Assembly (NCBI GenBank): GCA_963741205.1
Contig: CAVUHW010000012.1
Coordinates: 1-64,000, forward strand
From: Nitrospirota bacterium
GTDB taxonomy: Bacteria; Nitrospirota; UBA9217
Length of the DNA stretch: 64,000 bases
Direction of reading: 5' to 3'
A model generated the notes under the pieces. The model was given only the letters and a program-made list of their open reading frames with translations, was not told the DNA's origin and ran no database searches. The position numbers and the translations under genes were made by a program. Below, piece after piece: positions 50,325-61,007 of this stretch (positions are counted from its first letter, which is position 1; each line of letters starts with the position of its first letter).

Positions 50325-50470
50325 CAGGAGAACTCTCGTTTAAACTATGGAATAAGGCTCATGCCGAACTTCCGCTTTTAGAGCGAGACAGCTCCGCGAT
50401 GAAGACAAGTCATGCGGTCAAACCCGCGAATATCAGAGTGATCAATCGTCGCCGACAGGTCCCGTCTCTG
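50325..50470 (+). ncRNA. Putative bridge/seek RNA
   Basis: Two stem-loops with internal loops matching the target and the donor junction; boundaries approximate. Confidence 0.7.
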
Positions 50471-50561
50471 ATTATGCCCTGGAGCAATAACTGATATCAT
50501 CCCTTTTGCATAAAGGGGCGGGGAAACTGTTTTGTCCTTGACAACTGTCAACCATATCAGT

Positions 50562-50762
50562 TTAGAGCTTTACAACGTTGGCTGCTTTGGGACCCTTGGG
50601 TGAGTCGACAACGTCGAACTGAACCTGCTGGCCTTCAGTCAACGACTTAAAGCCGCTGTCCTGAATGTCGCCAAAATGAACGAACACATCGCCGCCATTT
50701 TCACGGGTAATGAATCCAAAGCCTTTGGAATCATTGAACCACTTTACTGAACCTGTCTCCAT
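50562..50762 (-). CDS. cspA: Cold-shock protein
   Basis: [19 protein letters not shown]. Confidence 0.97.
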   Translation of the reverse strand: METGSVKWFNDSKGFGFITRENGGDVFVHFGDIQDSGFKSLTEGQQVQFDVVDSPKGPKAANVVKL

Positions 50763-50811
50763 GGTAAGCTACCTCCTTCTTGTGAAATTGAAGCGACGGA
50801 AAAGGACAAAA

Positions 50812-50906
50812 AAAATACCGCAAAGTCAATCAGTCTTTGCGGTCTCCCTACAAGAACATCCGGAACTTCTATATAAGATAATGCTCCTTCTGCGCCGGAA
50901 TGTCAA
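50812..50906 (-). promoter_or_regulatory. cspA promoter and structured 5' UTR
   Basis: TTGACA-N17-CATTAT; hairpin ACCGCAAAG...CTTTGCGGT in the leader. Confidence 0.5.
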
Positions 50907-50994
50907 TGGTTATTATTGTTCAAGCGGTAATAGCCTGCCAGTATTCCACGGGTCCTGACTGAAAACGGGCCAGAATGATTGACAAGCAAGAAGT

Positions 50995-51031
50995 AAAAAA
51001 GGGCCAATTTCTTAGGAAATTGGCCCTTTTT
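50995..51031 (-). terminator. Terminator after tRNA-Asn
   Basis: AAAAAAGGGCCAATTTC-TTAG-GAAATTGGCCCTTTTT. Confidence 0.85.
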
Positions 51032-51038
51032 ATGGCTA

Positions 51039-51114
51039 TGGCTCCCGGAGCAGGACTCGAACCTGCGACATGGTGGTTAACAGCCACCCGCTCTACCGAC
51101 TGAGCTATCCGGGA
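51039..51114 (-). tRNA. tRNA-Asn(GTT)
   Basis: Cloverleaf, anticodon loop CTGTTAA, GTTCGAG, CCA. Confidence 0.96.
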
Positions 51115-51353
51115 ATGTGAGGTGTATTTTTTATAACTATTTATACCCCCGACCATAAGGTTAAGCCCGCTTCTGCGGGACTCTTCCGACTGGGAACCTA
51201 CCGGGGAATACGTTATTACAGCGCGTGGTGTGTTCGTTCAGGCTGGTATAAATACCATATATAACCTGATATGTCAAACAGTTCTTTAGAGAAACCGAGG
51301 CAACTACGTAACCATTCGGCAATTACGCTGATGTGACCAGCCTGATCCACACC

Positions 51354-51948
51354 CTACCGCTCCTGCCCCTTCTTCAGCTCCATGATGACAAGTTTGGCGA
51401 TAGCCTTCAAGGTGTCGAACACGCCAGTGCCGTCTGCGGCGCAGGCCTCGAAATCCGGAACATTGCTCGTGGTTGAGGGCCCTGCGCATCTCATCGACCG
51501 GCACCACGTTCGGCAGGTCTCTCTTGTTGTATTGGATGATATAGGGTACCTTGTCGAGGTCGTACCCTTGCTCGGAAAGATTGAGGCGCAGGTTTTCGAC
51601 GCTCTCGATATTGGCTTCCATGCGTTCAATCTGAGAGTCGGCAACGAACACGATGCCGTCCACACCCTTCAGGATGAGTTTGCGGCTTGCGTCGTAGAAT
51701 ACCTGGCCGGGAACGGTGTAGAGATGGAACCGCGTCTTGAATCCGCGGATCTCCCCAAGGGCGAGCGGCAGAAAGTCAAAAAACAGCGTGCGTTCGGTCT
51801 CCGTGGCAAGCGAGATCATCTTGCCCTTGCTGTCGGGGTTCGTCTTTTTGTAGATCCACTGCAGATTGGTCGTCTTGCCGCAGAGGCCCGGGCCGTAGAA
51901 GACGATCTTGCAGTTGATTTCTCGCGACGAATAATTGATAAAGGACAT
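51354..51948 (-). CDS. mglA: MglA small GTPase
   Basis: [26 protein letters not shown]. Confidence 0.95.
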
Positions 51949-52000
51949 GGGGCCGAACTTCCTCTCTTGCGCGCGTATCAGGGAATGCTGCGAGGCTGGG

Positions 52001-52495
52001 CTATCCGAAAAGCTTGTCGATATCTTCGTCGGTTATCTCGGCAAAGGGGGACTCGCTGCCCTTTCCGGGCCCCTTTTCCGTTTCCACTTTCTGCAGCAGG
52101 TTGTTGAAAATGCTGCCGAGCGCCTCGGCGCTCTTTTTCACCCGGAGCCGCACGAGACCCAGCGATGAGCGCTGGTCGAATATAACCACCAGGATCACCC
52201 GCTGGCCGATGATGGAGATATGGATGTTGTCCCGCGCGCCTTCGTGGAAAAGGATGGAGAACTCCTTCTCGCCCAGGAGCTTGGCCATGCCGCCGGTTGC
52301 GGCGATGTTTCCCGCGGTAAGTGACGCCAGGGATGTCGTATCGAGGTTTTCCGTTTCGCCGGTCGCGGCGATGAGCTGGCCGTTCTTATCCACGAGGAAG
52401 ACGACCTTCGCATTCGCCTGCTGCAGGAGACGCTGGAGTTCCGTGTCTATCTGCTTAAACTCTTCGTCATACATGACCAAGTCGGAACCCAGCAT
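52001..52495 (-). CDS. mglB: MglB roadblock/LC7 GAP
   Basis: [36 protein letters not shown]. Confidence 0.95.
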   Translation of the reverse strand: MLGSDLVMYDEEFKQIDTELQRLLQQANAKVVFLVDKNGQLIAATGETENLDTTSLASLTAGNIAATGGMAKLLGEKEFSILFHEGARDNIHISIIGQRVILVVIFDQRSSLGLVRLRVKKSAEALGSIFNNLLQKVETEKGPGKGSESPFAEITDEDIDKLFG

Positions 52496-52673
52496 GTTTT
52501 CATCTCCCCATTCAAAATGTGCCGCATCTGCCCGCCGGCAACGTGCGGTCCGAGCTATTAAACCATACTAACCATGAGATTTCAAGACTTTTTTTGTTCC
52601 CGACCTGAACATAAAAATAGCCGGGGGTGCGTCTCCCCGGCTCGTGATGATGTCTGCCAGTATCGAAAACCGG

Positions 52674-53627
52674 CTAGCTCTTGGACATCTCCTGGAGCTT
52701 CTTGAGGCTCTCCCAGTCATCGTCCACGTACTTCTGGAACTGCGCCAGGAGCGCCTCGTTGCCCGGGGCAAAAAGGTGCTTGAACCTGCCCTGGGGCTTG
52801 AGCCACTCGGCAACGGGCTTCTTCCGGTCCTTGGGGTCGTAGTTGATCGTCCACTTGCCGCCTTCCACCTCGTACAGCGGCCAGTAGCAGGTATCGACCG
52901 CGAGGCGGGACAGCAGGATCGAATCGTTCGTCTGGGACCGCCAGCCGCGGTTGCAGGGGGACACGACGCCCATGTACGCGGGGCCGTTCGTGGCCAGCGC
53001 CTTCTTGACCTTGGTTATGAGGTCTTTCCAGTTGTGGGGCGACGCCTGCGCGGCATAGGCCACGTTGTGCGCGGCCATGATGCGCGTAAGGTCCTTGCGG
53101 CGCTGCGATTTGCCGGGCACCTTGGAGCCCACCGGTTGGGTGGTCGTGTCCGCGCCGAAAGGCGTTGCGCTCGAGCGCTGGATGCCGGTGTTCATGTACG
53201 CGCCGTTGTCGTAGCAGATGTAGAGCAGCTGGTGGCCGCGCTCCATGGCGCCCGAAAGCGCCTGGAACCCGATGTCATAGGTGCCGCCGTCGCCGCCGAA
53301 GGCGATGAACTTCATCTCCTTCTTGAGTTTGCCCTGCTTCCGGAGCGACCGGTACATGGTCTCGATGCCCGAGGCCGTTGCCGCGGCGTTCTCGAAGGCG
53401 CTGTGCATCCACGGCACTTTCCAGGCCGTGTACGGGAACAGGCAGGTCGAGACCTCGAGGCAGCCCGTTGCGTTCGCGATCACGACCGGTTCGTCGATGG
53501 CCATCAGGACCTGGCGTACGATGGTCGGCGCGCCGCAGCCGGAGCACATCCGGTGCCCGCCCGTTAGACGCTCCTGCTTGTGCGTGAGTGATTTCAGGGT
53601 CAAGGGTTTTTCCTGTGTCGTGCTCAT
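52674..53627 (-). CDS. porB: Pyruvate:ferredoxin oxidoreductase beta subunit
   Basis: GHRMCSGCG, ATGCLEV, GGDGG..DIG, YMNTGIQRS. Confidence 0.92.
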   Translation of the reverse strand: MSTTQEKPLTLKSLTHKQERLTGGHRMCSGCGAPTIVRQVLMAIDEPVVIANATGCLEVSTCLFPYTAWKVPWMHSAFENAAATASGIETMYRSLRKQGKLKKEMKFIAFGGDGGTYDIGFQALSGAMERGHQLLYICYDNGAYMNTGIQRSSATPFGADTTTQPVGSKVPGKSQRRKDLTRIMAAHNVAYAAQASPHNWKDLITKVKKALATNGPAYMGVVSPCNRGWRSQTNDSILLSRLAVDTCYWPLYEVEGGKWTINYDPKDRKKPVAEWLKPQGRFKHLFAPGNEALLAQFQKYVDDDWESLKKLQEMSKS

Positions 53628-53644
53628 GGTATTCTCCTTGGATA

Positions 53645-53721
53645 TAACCACGGAGTCACGGAGATACTGGAAATCTATTATCCGAATGCTTGTCAGCTTG
53701 CCTCTGCGTCCTCTGTGGTTA
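53645..53721. repeat. Imperfect palindromic intergenic repeat (about 9-nt period)
   Basis: TAACCACGGAGTCACGGAG ... CTCTGCGTCCTCTGTGGTTA. Confidence 0.65.
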
Positions 53722-53731
53722 AGGGTGTCTA

Positions 53732-54923
53732 TTAATTTCTGACCGTGATATATTCCTTCATCATGCTTCACCTTGCCGGTCTTTGCGACCTCGATGGTCT
53801 CATCGAGCACCTCATCCACAGTGAGCGGCATCAGGTCCCTGCCGCCGAGTCCGTAGATCTTGTTGAACATGAGCGGCCCCTGGCGATAGGGGTACACGGC
53901 GGGCGCGATCTCCATAAAGAGCGGGCCGTAGCCGCCGTAGGAATCCGCCCGGTCCATGACACAGACGGCCTTGGCGTTCTTGAGCGCAGCGCCGACTTCC
54001 TCGTACGGAAAGGGCCGGAACACGCGGGGCTTCAAGAGCCCTGCCTTCACGCCCTTGTCGCGGTAGCGGTCAACTTCGTCCTTGATCGTTCCGGCGGCGG
54101 AGTTGAGCGCAACGAGAACGATCTCGGCGTCTTCGAGGCGGTAGGATTCGAACAGATCGTATTTGCGGCCAAAGCATTTGGCAAACTCGTCCGAAACATC
54201 CTGGATGACCTTTTTCGCGTTCACCATGGCCTCGTGCTGCGCCCGCTTGTGCTCCATGTAATAATCCGGCAGGACCAGGGCGCCGATGCTCTTGGGGTTA
54301 TCGATGTCCAGGAGCGGGTCGATCGCGATATAGTCGCCGATAAACTTTTTCACCTCGTCATCGGGAAGGAACTGCATGCTCTCGATCGAATGGCTGATGA
54401 TGAACCCGTCCATGTTGACCGCGATCGGCAGCCGCACGTCCCTGTGCTCGGCGATCCGGTATGCCATGATCGTGTTGTCATAGGCCTCCTGGGCGTTCTC
54501 GCAGAATAGCTGGATCCAGCCGCAGTCGCGCATGCCCATGCCGTCGGAGTGGTCGCCGTGGATATTGAGCGGGGCCGAAAGCGCCCGGTTCACGAGCGCC
54601 ATCAGGATCGGCAGGCGGTAGCCCGAGGCGATGTGCAGCATCTCCCACATGAGGGCAAGGCCCTGAGCGCTCGTGGCCGTCGCCACTCTGCCGCCGGCTG
54701 CCGAGGCGCCGATGCAGGCGCTCATGGCGCTGTGTTCGCTTTCGACCAGGATCGTCTCGGTGTCCACCTTGCCGTTCGAAACGAAAGAGGTAAAGGATTC
54801 CATGATGCCCGTGGACGGCGTGATGGGATACGCCGGCATGACATCGGGGTTCAACTGGCGGAGCGCCTCTGCAACAGCCTGATTGCCGGTGACCGCCACG
54901 GTCTTTGTCGTCGTTACTGCCAT
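53732..54923 (-). CDS. porA: Pyruvate:ferredoxin oxidoreductase alpha subunit
   Basis: AYPITPST, ESEHSAMSAC, TATSAQGL, YGLGGRD. Confidence 0.92.
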
Positions 54924-54924
54924 G

Positions 54925-55220
54925 TTATTTGCCCTCCTCTTCCATGACGATGGCCTTGTTGCCCTTCTTGCCCGGGCACTCCATGGCGCAGACGCCGCAG
55001 CCCTTGCAGTGGTCGTAATCGAAGCCTGATCATTTTCTCGTCCTTTACCATGACCGCAGTATCCGGGCAGTAGACCCAGCAGAAGAGGCACTGGATGCAG
55101 TTCTCCTCGATCCACCGCGGCTTGAGCGAACGCCACGAGCCCGTTTTATATTCATTCGCATTCCCGGCCTTCAAGCACCGTGCCGGCATGCGGCAGCTCT
55201 TTCCAGTTCATCTGTTTCAT
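54925..55220 (-). CDS. porD: POR delta subunit (2x4Fe-4S)
   Basis: TGSWR, CIQCLFCWVYCP, CKGCGVCAMECP. Confidence 0.9.
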
Positions 55221-55793
55221 CCTTCGCTTTACCTCCTCGTACCCGCGCTTTACCGCGGCGAGATTGCCGTCGATGATCTTCTGCGCGAACTTTTTCCCGA
55301 AGCTGCCCTTCACGTCCTCCAGCAGCACGTCCATGCCCACGATGCCGGTGGCGCGGTTCACCGCGCCGAGCATGCAGGAGTTCGGCATGGTCCTGCCGAT
55401 GGTCTCGATCGCGATCTTCGAGGCGTCCACGGTGAACACCTTCTGGGAGGGCTTCGCCTTCAGCTTCTCCCGCACTTCCTTCGGGTCCTTGCCCGTGTTG
55501 ACGACGAAGACGGCGTCGTCTTTTGCGCCCTCGGCAACATTGATCGCGTCGAGGAGCGTGGCGTCCACCACCGCCACGACGCCGGGGTTCAGCACCGGGC
55601 AGTGCATGCGGAGCGTCTTTTCGCTGATGCGGTTGTAAGCGCGCAGCGGCGCGCCTGCGCGCTCGGGCCCGTATTCCGGGAAAGCCTGCACATTGCGGCC
55701 GCCGGACAGACATGCGTCCGCGAGCACCTTGGCCGCCGTGACGGTCCCCTGACCGCCCCTGCCGTGCCATCTGATCTCAATCATTTCTGCCAT
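55217..55793 (-). CDS. porC: POR gamma subunit
   Basis: EIRWHGRGGQG, FPEYGPERAGAP. Confidence 0.92.
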
Positions 55794-55817
55794 ACTAACC
55801 TCCCATCAAAGAGCTCA

Positions 55818-55923
55818 TTGGAAATTGAAGATTGGAAATTTGAAATTGCAAATTGTATAGGCTGTAAACACCGCGCCGAAGGCGCACCACAAATTTACAA
55901 TCACCAATTTTTCAGTCTGCAAT
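55818..55923. repeat. Inverted heptamer-period repeat
   Basis: GAAATTG/GAAATTT/CAAATTG arm facing an AATTTAC/AATTTTT arm. Confidence 0.6.
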
Positions 55924-55942
55924 GAGTACCGCTTTGCGGGAC

Positions 55943-56647
55943 TCACATCTCCCTCCGCCCTTCGAGCGCCCGCTGGACGGTGTTTTCATCGGCGTACTCG
56001 ATGTCGCCTCCCACGGGAAGGCCGTAGGCGATGCGGCTCACGCTGATGCCCAGGGGCTTGATCAGCTTCGAAAGATAGAGGGCCGTGGTTTCGCCCTTGA
56101 CCGTCGGGTTCGTCGCGATGATGACTTCCTTGACCGCGCCGGACCTGAGCCGCTCCATGAGGCCGTCGATCCTGAGGTCTCCGGGGCCGACGCCGTCCAG
56201 GGGCGAGATGGCGCCCAGGAGCGCATGATAGCGGCCGCGGAAGATGCCGGTCTTTTCGAGGATCAGGATGTTGCTCGGCTCTTCAACCACGCAGATCCGT
56301 GTAGCGGTCCCGTCTTCTCATCGCGGCAGATGCCGCAGGGCTCGTCCTCGGTGATGTTGTTGCAAACGGTGCAGTACCGGCTGTTGTTCTTGAGGTCCAG
56401 GATGGCCTGCGGCGATCCCCGCTGCCTCGTCCTGCGACATGCCGAGCACGGCAAAGGCAAGGCGCTCGGCGCTCTTTCTGCCGATGCCGGGCAGCTTCAT
56501 GAAGGCCTCGACCATCCTGCCGAGCGCCTTGCCCGAAACTTCCGCTGCCTGCGCGCCGGCCTTCTCCCTGTTTCGGCTGTTCGAGGAAGTCCGGGACGAT
56601 TGCTCCTGTTCCTTCACTGCCGTCCTGTCCTGTTCACCTTGAATCAT
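55943..56647 (-). CDS. recR: Recombination mediator RecR (frameshifted)
   Basis: [46 protein letters not shown]. Confidence 0.93.
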
Positions 56648-56717
56648 AACTCATGGCTCTTAGCTCACAGCCATTGCGCAGAGCTATCAACCATGCGCAA
56701 TCAGCATGATCCGCAAT

Positions 56718-57038
56718 CTAAAACATCCCCGGGGGAAGCCCCATGCCGGCGGTGAGCTTGCCCATTTCTTCCTTCATCAGGTCCTGCGATTTTCTGAGCG
56801 CTTCGTTCACCGCGGCAGTGACCAGGTCCTGGAGCATTTCGATGTCCTTCGGGTCGACCACCGAGGGGTCGATCTTGATGGAAAGGACTTCCTGCCGGCC
56901 GTTTGCAACGACGGTCACCATGCCGCCGCCGGAAGAGGCCTCAACGGTTTTTCCCCCGGCTTCTTCCTGGAGCTTTTTCACCCGCTCCTGCATCTGCTGG
57001 GCCTGTTTCATGATGTTGCTGAGCATGTTTTTTGACAT
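56718..57038 (-). CDS. ybaB: YbaB/EbfC nucleoid-associated protein
   Basis: [30 protein letters not shown]. Confidence 0.95.
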   Translation of the reverse strand: MSKNMLSNIMKQAQQMQERVKKLQEEAGGKTVEASSGGGMVTVVANGRQEVLSIKIDPSVVDPKDIEMLQDLVTAAVNEALRKSQDLMKEEMGKLTAGMGLPPGMF

Positions 57039-57251
57039 GGAATGTCCTGGACAAACGAGATTATAAAGCTGCTAAGAAGGCTTATATTAAAAGATATTTT
57101 GCGGTTTTGCAACAAAAAATGCGGGGTTTATGGAATATATAAAAAAATCAAATGATTCCCGACGGGCACATCGGGACGTATTTATGTTCTTCCGGGCAAT
57201 TATGACTCCAGCTGAGCCAGCAGTCATAGAGAGGTTTTCTTAAATGACCTG

Positions 57252-58903
57252 TCATGTTTCAGGGTTGTCGGCTTCGATCACCTCGCCGTCAAACAATTTG
57301 GCGACATCCTGGGCTAATGCATCATGTTCGTCAGGCTTGGTTTTTCTGGGGCTTTTCGGTTTTGATACCGGTTTCGTGGATGCTTCAATGGCCTGCACCT
57401 GAACTGATACCTTTTTACCCAGCACTTCCCCCGCAACCTGTTCAATTACGCTGCAATTTTCGGGTTTCTTTACCTGGCCTGCCTGAAAATCGCCTTTCAC
57501 TCCGATCACCAGCGTCGTATCTGAAGTCTCAAGAAGCCTGCTCTGGTCGAGAAACGGGGCAAGGCTCGGCTTAACTGATTTCAGCACGGTCATGACCCTG
57601 ATCCAGAGATCATGCACTCCGCCGCCAGCGGCTGCCGGTCGGGAAACAGCGGCTGCCGATGCCCGTCCGGCCGGTGCATAGGGTGCAGGCCCTTCGCTCA
57701 CCCGGTGCGCTGAGTGAGTTGCGGCATTAAGAGAAGCCGCCGGCGATTTGCCCGATGCAAGCCGCGCCTCGAGCTCCTTCATGCGGCCGAGGACGTCGGC
57801 GAGGGGCTTGAGCGGCGCGAGGCTGCAAGCCTTGATCAGCCCGATCTCGAGCGTGAAACGCTGGTGCGGCGACCAGCGCATCTCGTCGAGCGTCTTGGAC
57901 AGGCTGTCGAAGAGCATGAGCAGCTGTTCGGCATCCGCACTCGCCGCCTGCTGCCTGATGGCCTCGATGTCTGCTGCGGGAAGCTCGATGATGTGGGCAG
58001 GGTCTGCCGCGATCTTGACGACCATGAGGTTCCGCAGGTGCTCGACGACGCCGGACAGGAACTGGCGCATGTCCTGCCCCTGCTCCAGCAGGGCGTCGAC
58101 CGACTTCAGGAGGCCGGCGGCGTCGCGCGCAAGCAGGCCGGCGGCGAATTGCAACAGCCTCTCCTGGGCAACGGCCCCGAGGGTCGCCTGAAGGTCGTCG
58201 TCCTTTATTTCCATGCCGCTGTACGACACGGCCTGGTCCAAAAGGCTCTGGGAATCGCGCATACTGCCTTCCGCGGCGCGCGCGATCATGGCGAGCCCCC
58301 GGTCGGTTATCGTGATGCCCTCGGCAGCGGCGATCGTGCGGAGACGATCCGATGATATCATGGAGGGCAACGCGCTTGAAGCCGTAGCGCTGGCAGCGGG
58401 AATGGATCGTCGCGGGGATCTTTTGCGGCTCCGTGGTGGCGAAGATGAAGATAACGTGCGGCGGCGGTTCTTCGAGGGTCTTTAAGAGCGCGTTGAAGGC
58501 CTCGTTCGTCAGCATGTGGACTTCGTCGATGACGTAGACCTTGTTCTTGCCGCCCACGGGCGCGTACTTGACGGCCTCGCGCAGCTCGCGGATATGCTCG
58601 ATGCCGCGGTTCGACGCGCCGTCGATCTCGATGACGTCAACCGACGTGCCGGCCGCGGTCTCGAGACAGGAATCGCATTTGCCGCACGGCGTCGGCGTCG
58701 GCCCCTCTGCGCAGTTCAGCGCCTTTGCGAGGATGCGCGCCGTCGTCGTTTTTCCCACGCCGCGCGGGCCGGAGAACAGGAAGGCATGGGCCAGCCTGTC
58801 CCGAGGTGATCGCATTCTGGAGCGTCCGGGTGATGTGCCCCTGGCCGACCACGTCCTCGAATACCTGGGGCCTCCATTTTCGCGCCAGGACCTGATAACT
58901 CAT
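57252..58903 (-). CDS. dnaX: DNA polymerase III gamma/tau (frameshifted)
   Basis: [40 protein letters not shown]. Confidence 0.95.
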
Positions 58904-58928
58904 GAAACCCTCACGGAGAGAACCCGGT

Positions 58929-59041
58929 TAGCCATGGATGAACACTGATCAACACGGATGCAAATTCCTCTTTTGAGCTCCGCTTTCACCATACACAGGC
59001 GGCGTTGCCTTGATCCGTGTAAATCCTTGTCTACCGTGGCA
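58929..59041. repeat. Imperfect palindromic repeat (about 9-10-nt period)
   Basis: GCCATGGATGAACACTGATCAACACGGAT ... ATCCGTGTAAATCCTTGTCTACCGTGGC. Confidence 0.6.
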
Positions 59042-59071
59042 ACAAAGTTTTCGCAATACAAAAAGGCTCAT

Positions 59072-59172
59072 AAACCCGGGCACCCCTGCGGCACACCCGG
59101 AACCCGCTTACCGCTGCTTCCTTCCGGACCTGACGGGGTTCACGGGACCGCGGTTGCGCAGGACCCGGGCTC
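59072..59172 (-). ncRNA. ffs: SRP RNA (4.5S)
   Basis: GTCAGGTCCGGAAGGAAGCAGC helix-8 motif in a long hairpin, upstream of dnaX. Confidence 0.95.
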
Positions 59173-59185
59173 ATGAGCGCGTTAC

Positions 59186-59253
59186 TATTTCGGATTTGTC
59201 GATTGCGGATTTCGGATTTTCCATTCCGCATTCCGCATTCCGCAATCCGCATT
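59186..59253. repeat. Inverted heptamer repeat (ATTCCGC)n
   Basis: ATTTCGG/ATTGCGG arm then ATTCCGC x3 and AATCCGC. Confidence 0.75.
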
Positions 59254-59259
59254 AAAATA

Positions 59260-59347
59260 TGGCGGAGAGGGTGGGATTTGAACCCACGTTAGGTTTCCCT
59301 AAACACGCTTTCCAAGCGTGCGCCTTCAGCCGCTCGGCCACCTCTCC
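59260..59347 (-). tRNA. tRNA-Ser(GGA)
   Basis: Anticodon loop TTGGAAA, long variable arm, GCCA. Confidence 0.95.
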
Positions 59348-59453
59348 GTTTACTGCAATTCAGGAGTGCAGAGTTAAGAGTTCGGATCACAGTCTCGTAT
59401 CTTTAACCGCCGAACTCCTGAACTCAGAACTCCGAACTCTGCTATTATGTACA

Positions 59454-59543
59454 TGGCGGAGAGGCCGGGATTTGAACCCGGGGTGGAGTTACCCCCACAA
59501 CAGTTTTCGAGACTGCCGCCTTCAGCCACTCGGCCACCTCTCC
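59454..59543 (-). tRNA. tRNA-Ser(CGA)
   Basis: Anticodon loop CTCGAAA, long variable arm. Confidence 0.95.
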
Positions 59544-59625
59544 CTTAACTTCAGTTCGGAGTCGAGAGTTCTGGAGTAAACGGAGCGTACCCTTCACTCC
59601 GAAACTCCGAACTCGATACTCCAAA

Positions 59626-60087
59626 CTATTTAGCTCTCAGCTTTTCAAAAAACTTCTGGAGCACTTCCCGGCACTCTGCTTCGAGCACGCCTGGCGTGAT
59701 GCGATACGTATGGTTCAGCCTCCCGTCCCGTACCACGTCATACACCGAGCCGAGCGCGCCTGCCTTGGGGTCCCTGCAGCCGTAGACCAGTCTGCCGACC
59801 CTCGCCAGCACCAGCGCCCCCGCGCACATGAGGCAGGGCTCCAGGGTCACATAGACCGTTGCGTCCGAAAGCCGCCACCTGCCGAGCCGTGCCGATGCTT
59901 CGCGGATGACCAGCAACTCGGCGTGAGCAGCTGGGTCCTGCCATGTCTCCCGCATGTTGCGGGCCGCGGCAACGACCTCATCGCCGATGACGAGCACCGC
60001 ACCGACCGGCGTCTCGCCGATGGCAGCGGCCTTTTCCGCCTCCGCCAGGGCCAGGCGCATAAAGTCTATATCGGTCAGCGGCTGCAT
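59626..60087 (-). CDS. tadA: tRNA adenosine(34) deaminase
   Basis: PVGAVLV, AHAE, TLEPCLMC, DPKAGA. Confidence 0.95.
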   Translation of the reverse strand: MQPLTDIDFMRLALAEAEKAAAIGETPVGAVLVIGDEVVAAARNMRETWQDPAAHAELLVIREASARLGRWRLSDATVYVTLEPCLMCAGALVLARVGRLVYGCRDPKAGALGSVYDVVRDGRLNHTYRITPGVLEAECREVLQKFFEKLRAK

Positions 60088-60157
60088 AGCAAGAGGTTCT
60101 CTTCTCCACTCTGTCTTTGTTACGAAATTGCCCCTTGCGTCTTGTGTGTCCGAATGT

Positions 60158-60234
60158 TGGCGCGCCCAAGAGGATTCGAACCTCTGGCCTACGGATTCGT
60201 AGTCCGTTGCTCTATCCAGCTGAGCTATGGGCGC
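60158..60234 (-). tRNA. tRNA-Arg(ACG)
   Basis: Anticodon loop CTACGAA, GTTCGAA, CCA. Confidence 0.96.
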
Positions 60235-60317
60235 ATAATAAAGCGCACCGATGCGCAGAAAGCGCATCGGTGCATGAACGGATATAACGTATAACCCGGA
60301 ACTCCCGGCCGCCAGCG

Positions 60318-60829
60318 CTACTTGGACACTCCGCCGACGAGCGTGATCGCGATCTTTTCGTGCGGAAACGGATGGATTTCGGGATGCATCGAGTATACCC
60401 AGCCCTTCCACTCTTCTTTTCCCGGCTCCTGGACGACGATCTGAGCGGCGGGGTTGTTCGGCTTGTCTGACGCAGAGGTGATTTCCTTGTCGCCCATCTT
60501 GAAATCCGGGAGGAACGCAAGAACCTTCACCTTCATGTTCGTGTTCGGTATGGCCAGATCAGAGCCGATTGCCACGACATACTCCTTCGCGCTCTTTCCG
60601 GTCTTATCCTGGATATTAAGCTTCACGGCGGTCCACTTTGCCGCAATCTCTTTCGGCACGGTGACCGTGCGTTCTACCTTCGGCACATTTTGCATGCTGC
60701 GGCGGCATGCCGCCTTCCATTGCCGGATGTCCAGGCAGGCATCTGAGGCTTCTCCTCCTTCTTTTTGCATGCCCCGAACGAAACTGCAAGAACGACAACT
60801 ATAGCCACTGCAACCATCTTCTTCAACAT
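60318..60829 (-). CDS. DUF2155-like lipoprotein (frameshifted)
   Basis: Lipobox FGAC-KKKEE, FLPDF, NPAAQI, GWVYSMHP..HP. Confidence 0.65.
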
Positions 60830-60917
60830 TGTGTTACCCTCCTTGGTATGTATGCCGACTGGTAATAAAATAATTACTCACTGCCCTACCGGGCATCCTG
60901 CCCTGCGTTTCCAACAA

Positions 60918-61007
60918 TGGCGGAGAGGCCGGGATTCGAACCCGGGGTGGAGTTACCCCCACAACTGCTTAGCAGGCAGCTGCCTTCAGCCGCTCGGCCA
61001 CCTCTCC
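60918..61007 (-). tRNA. tRNA-Ser(GCT)
   Basis: Anticodon loop CTGCTAA, long variable arm. Confidence 0.95.

Larger units (their letters stand above)
49012..50560 (+). mobile_element. IS110-family, IS1111-type element
   Basis: Subterminal inverted repeats ATGGCTGACAGTTG / CAACTGTCAACCAT, AG core at both ends, long 3' non-coding region. Confidence 0.88.

Noticed and set aside
32323-51114. Genomic island integrated at tRNA-Asn
   Set aside because: No integrase or duplicated tRNA 3' end visible, and the left boundary is cut by the junction
52674-55136. 820-aa PorA-PorB fusion ORF
   Set aside because: A one-base shift near 53765 restores the KEYITVRN* end; the linker is a palindromic repeat and porB has its own RBS (AAGGAG)
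59186-59626. CRISPR array
   Set aside because: Repeats are 7-mer tandem/inverted units without unique spacers, and no cas genes are present
59626-60411. 261-aa extended TadA
   Set aside because: The extension runs through tRNA-Arg; the real start is near 60087
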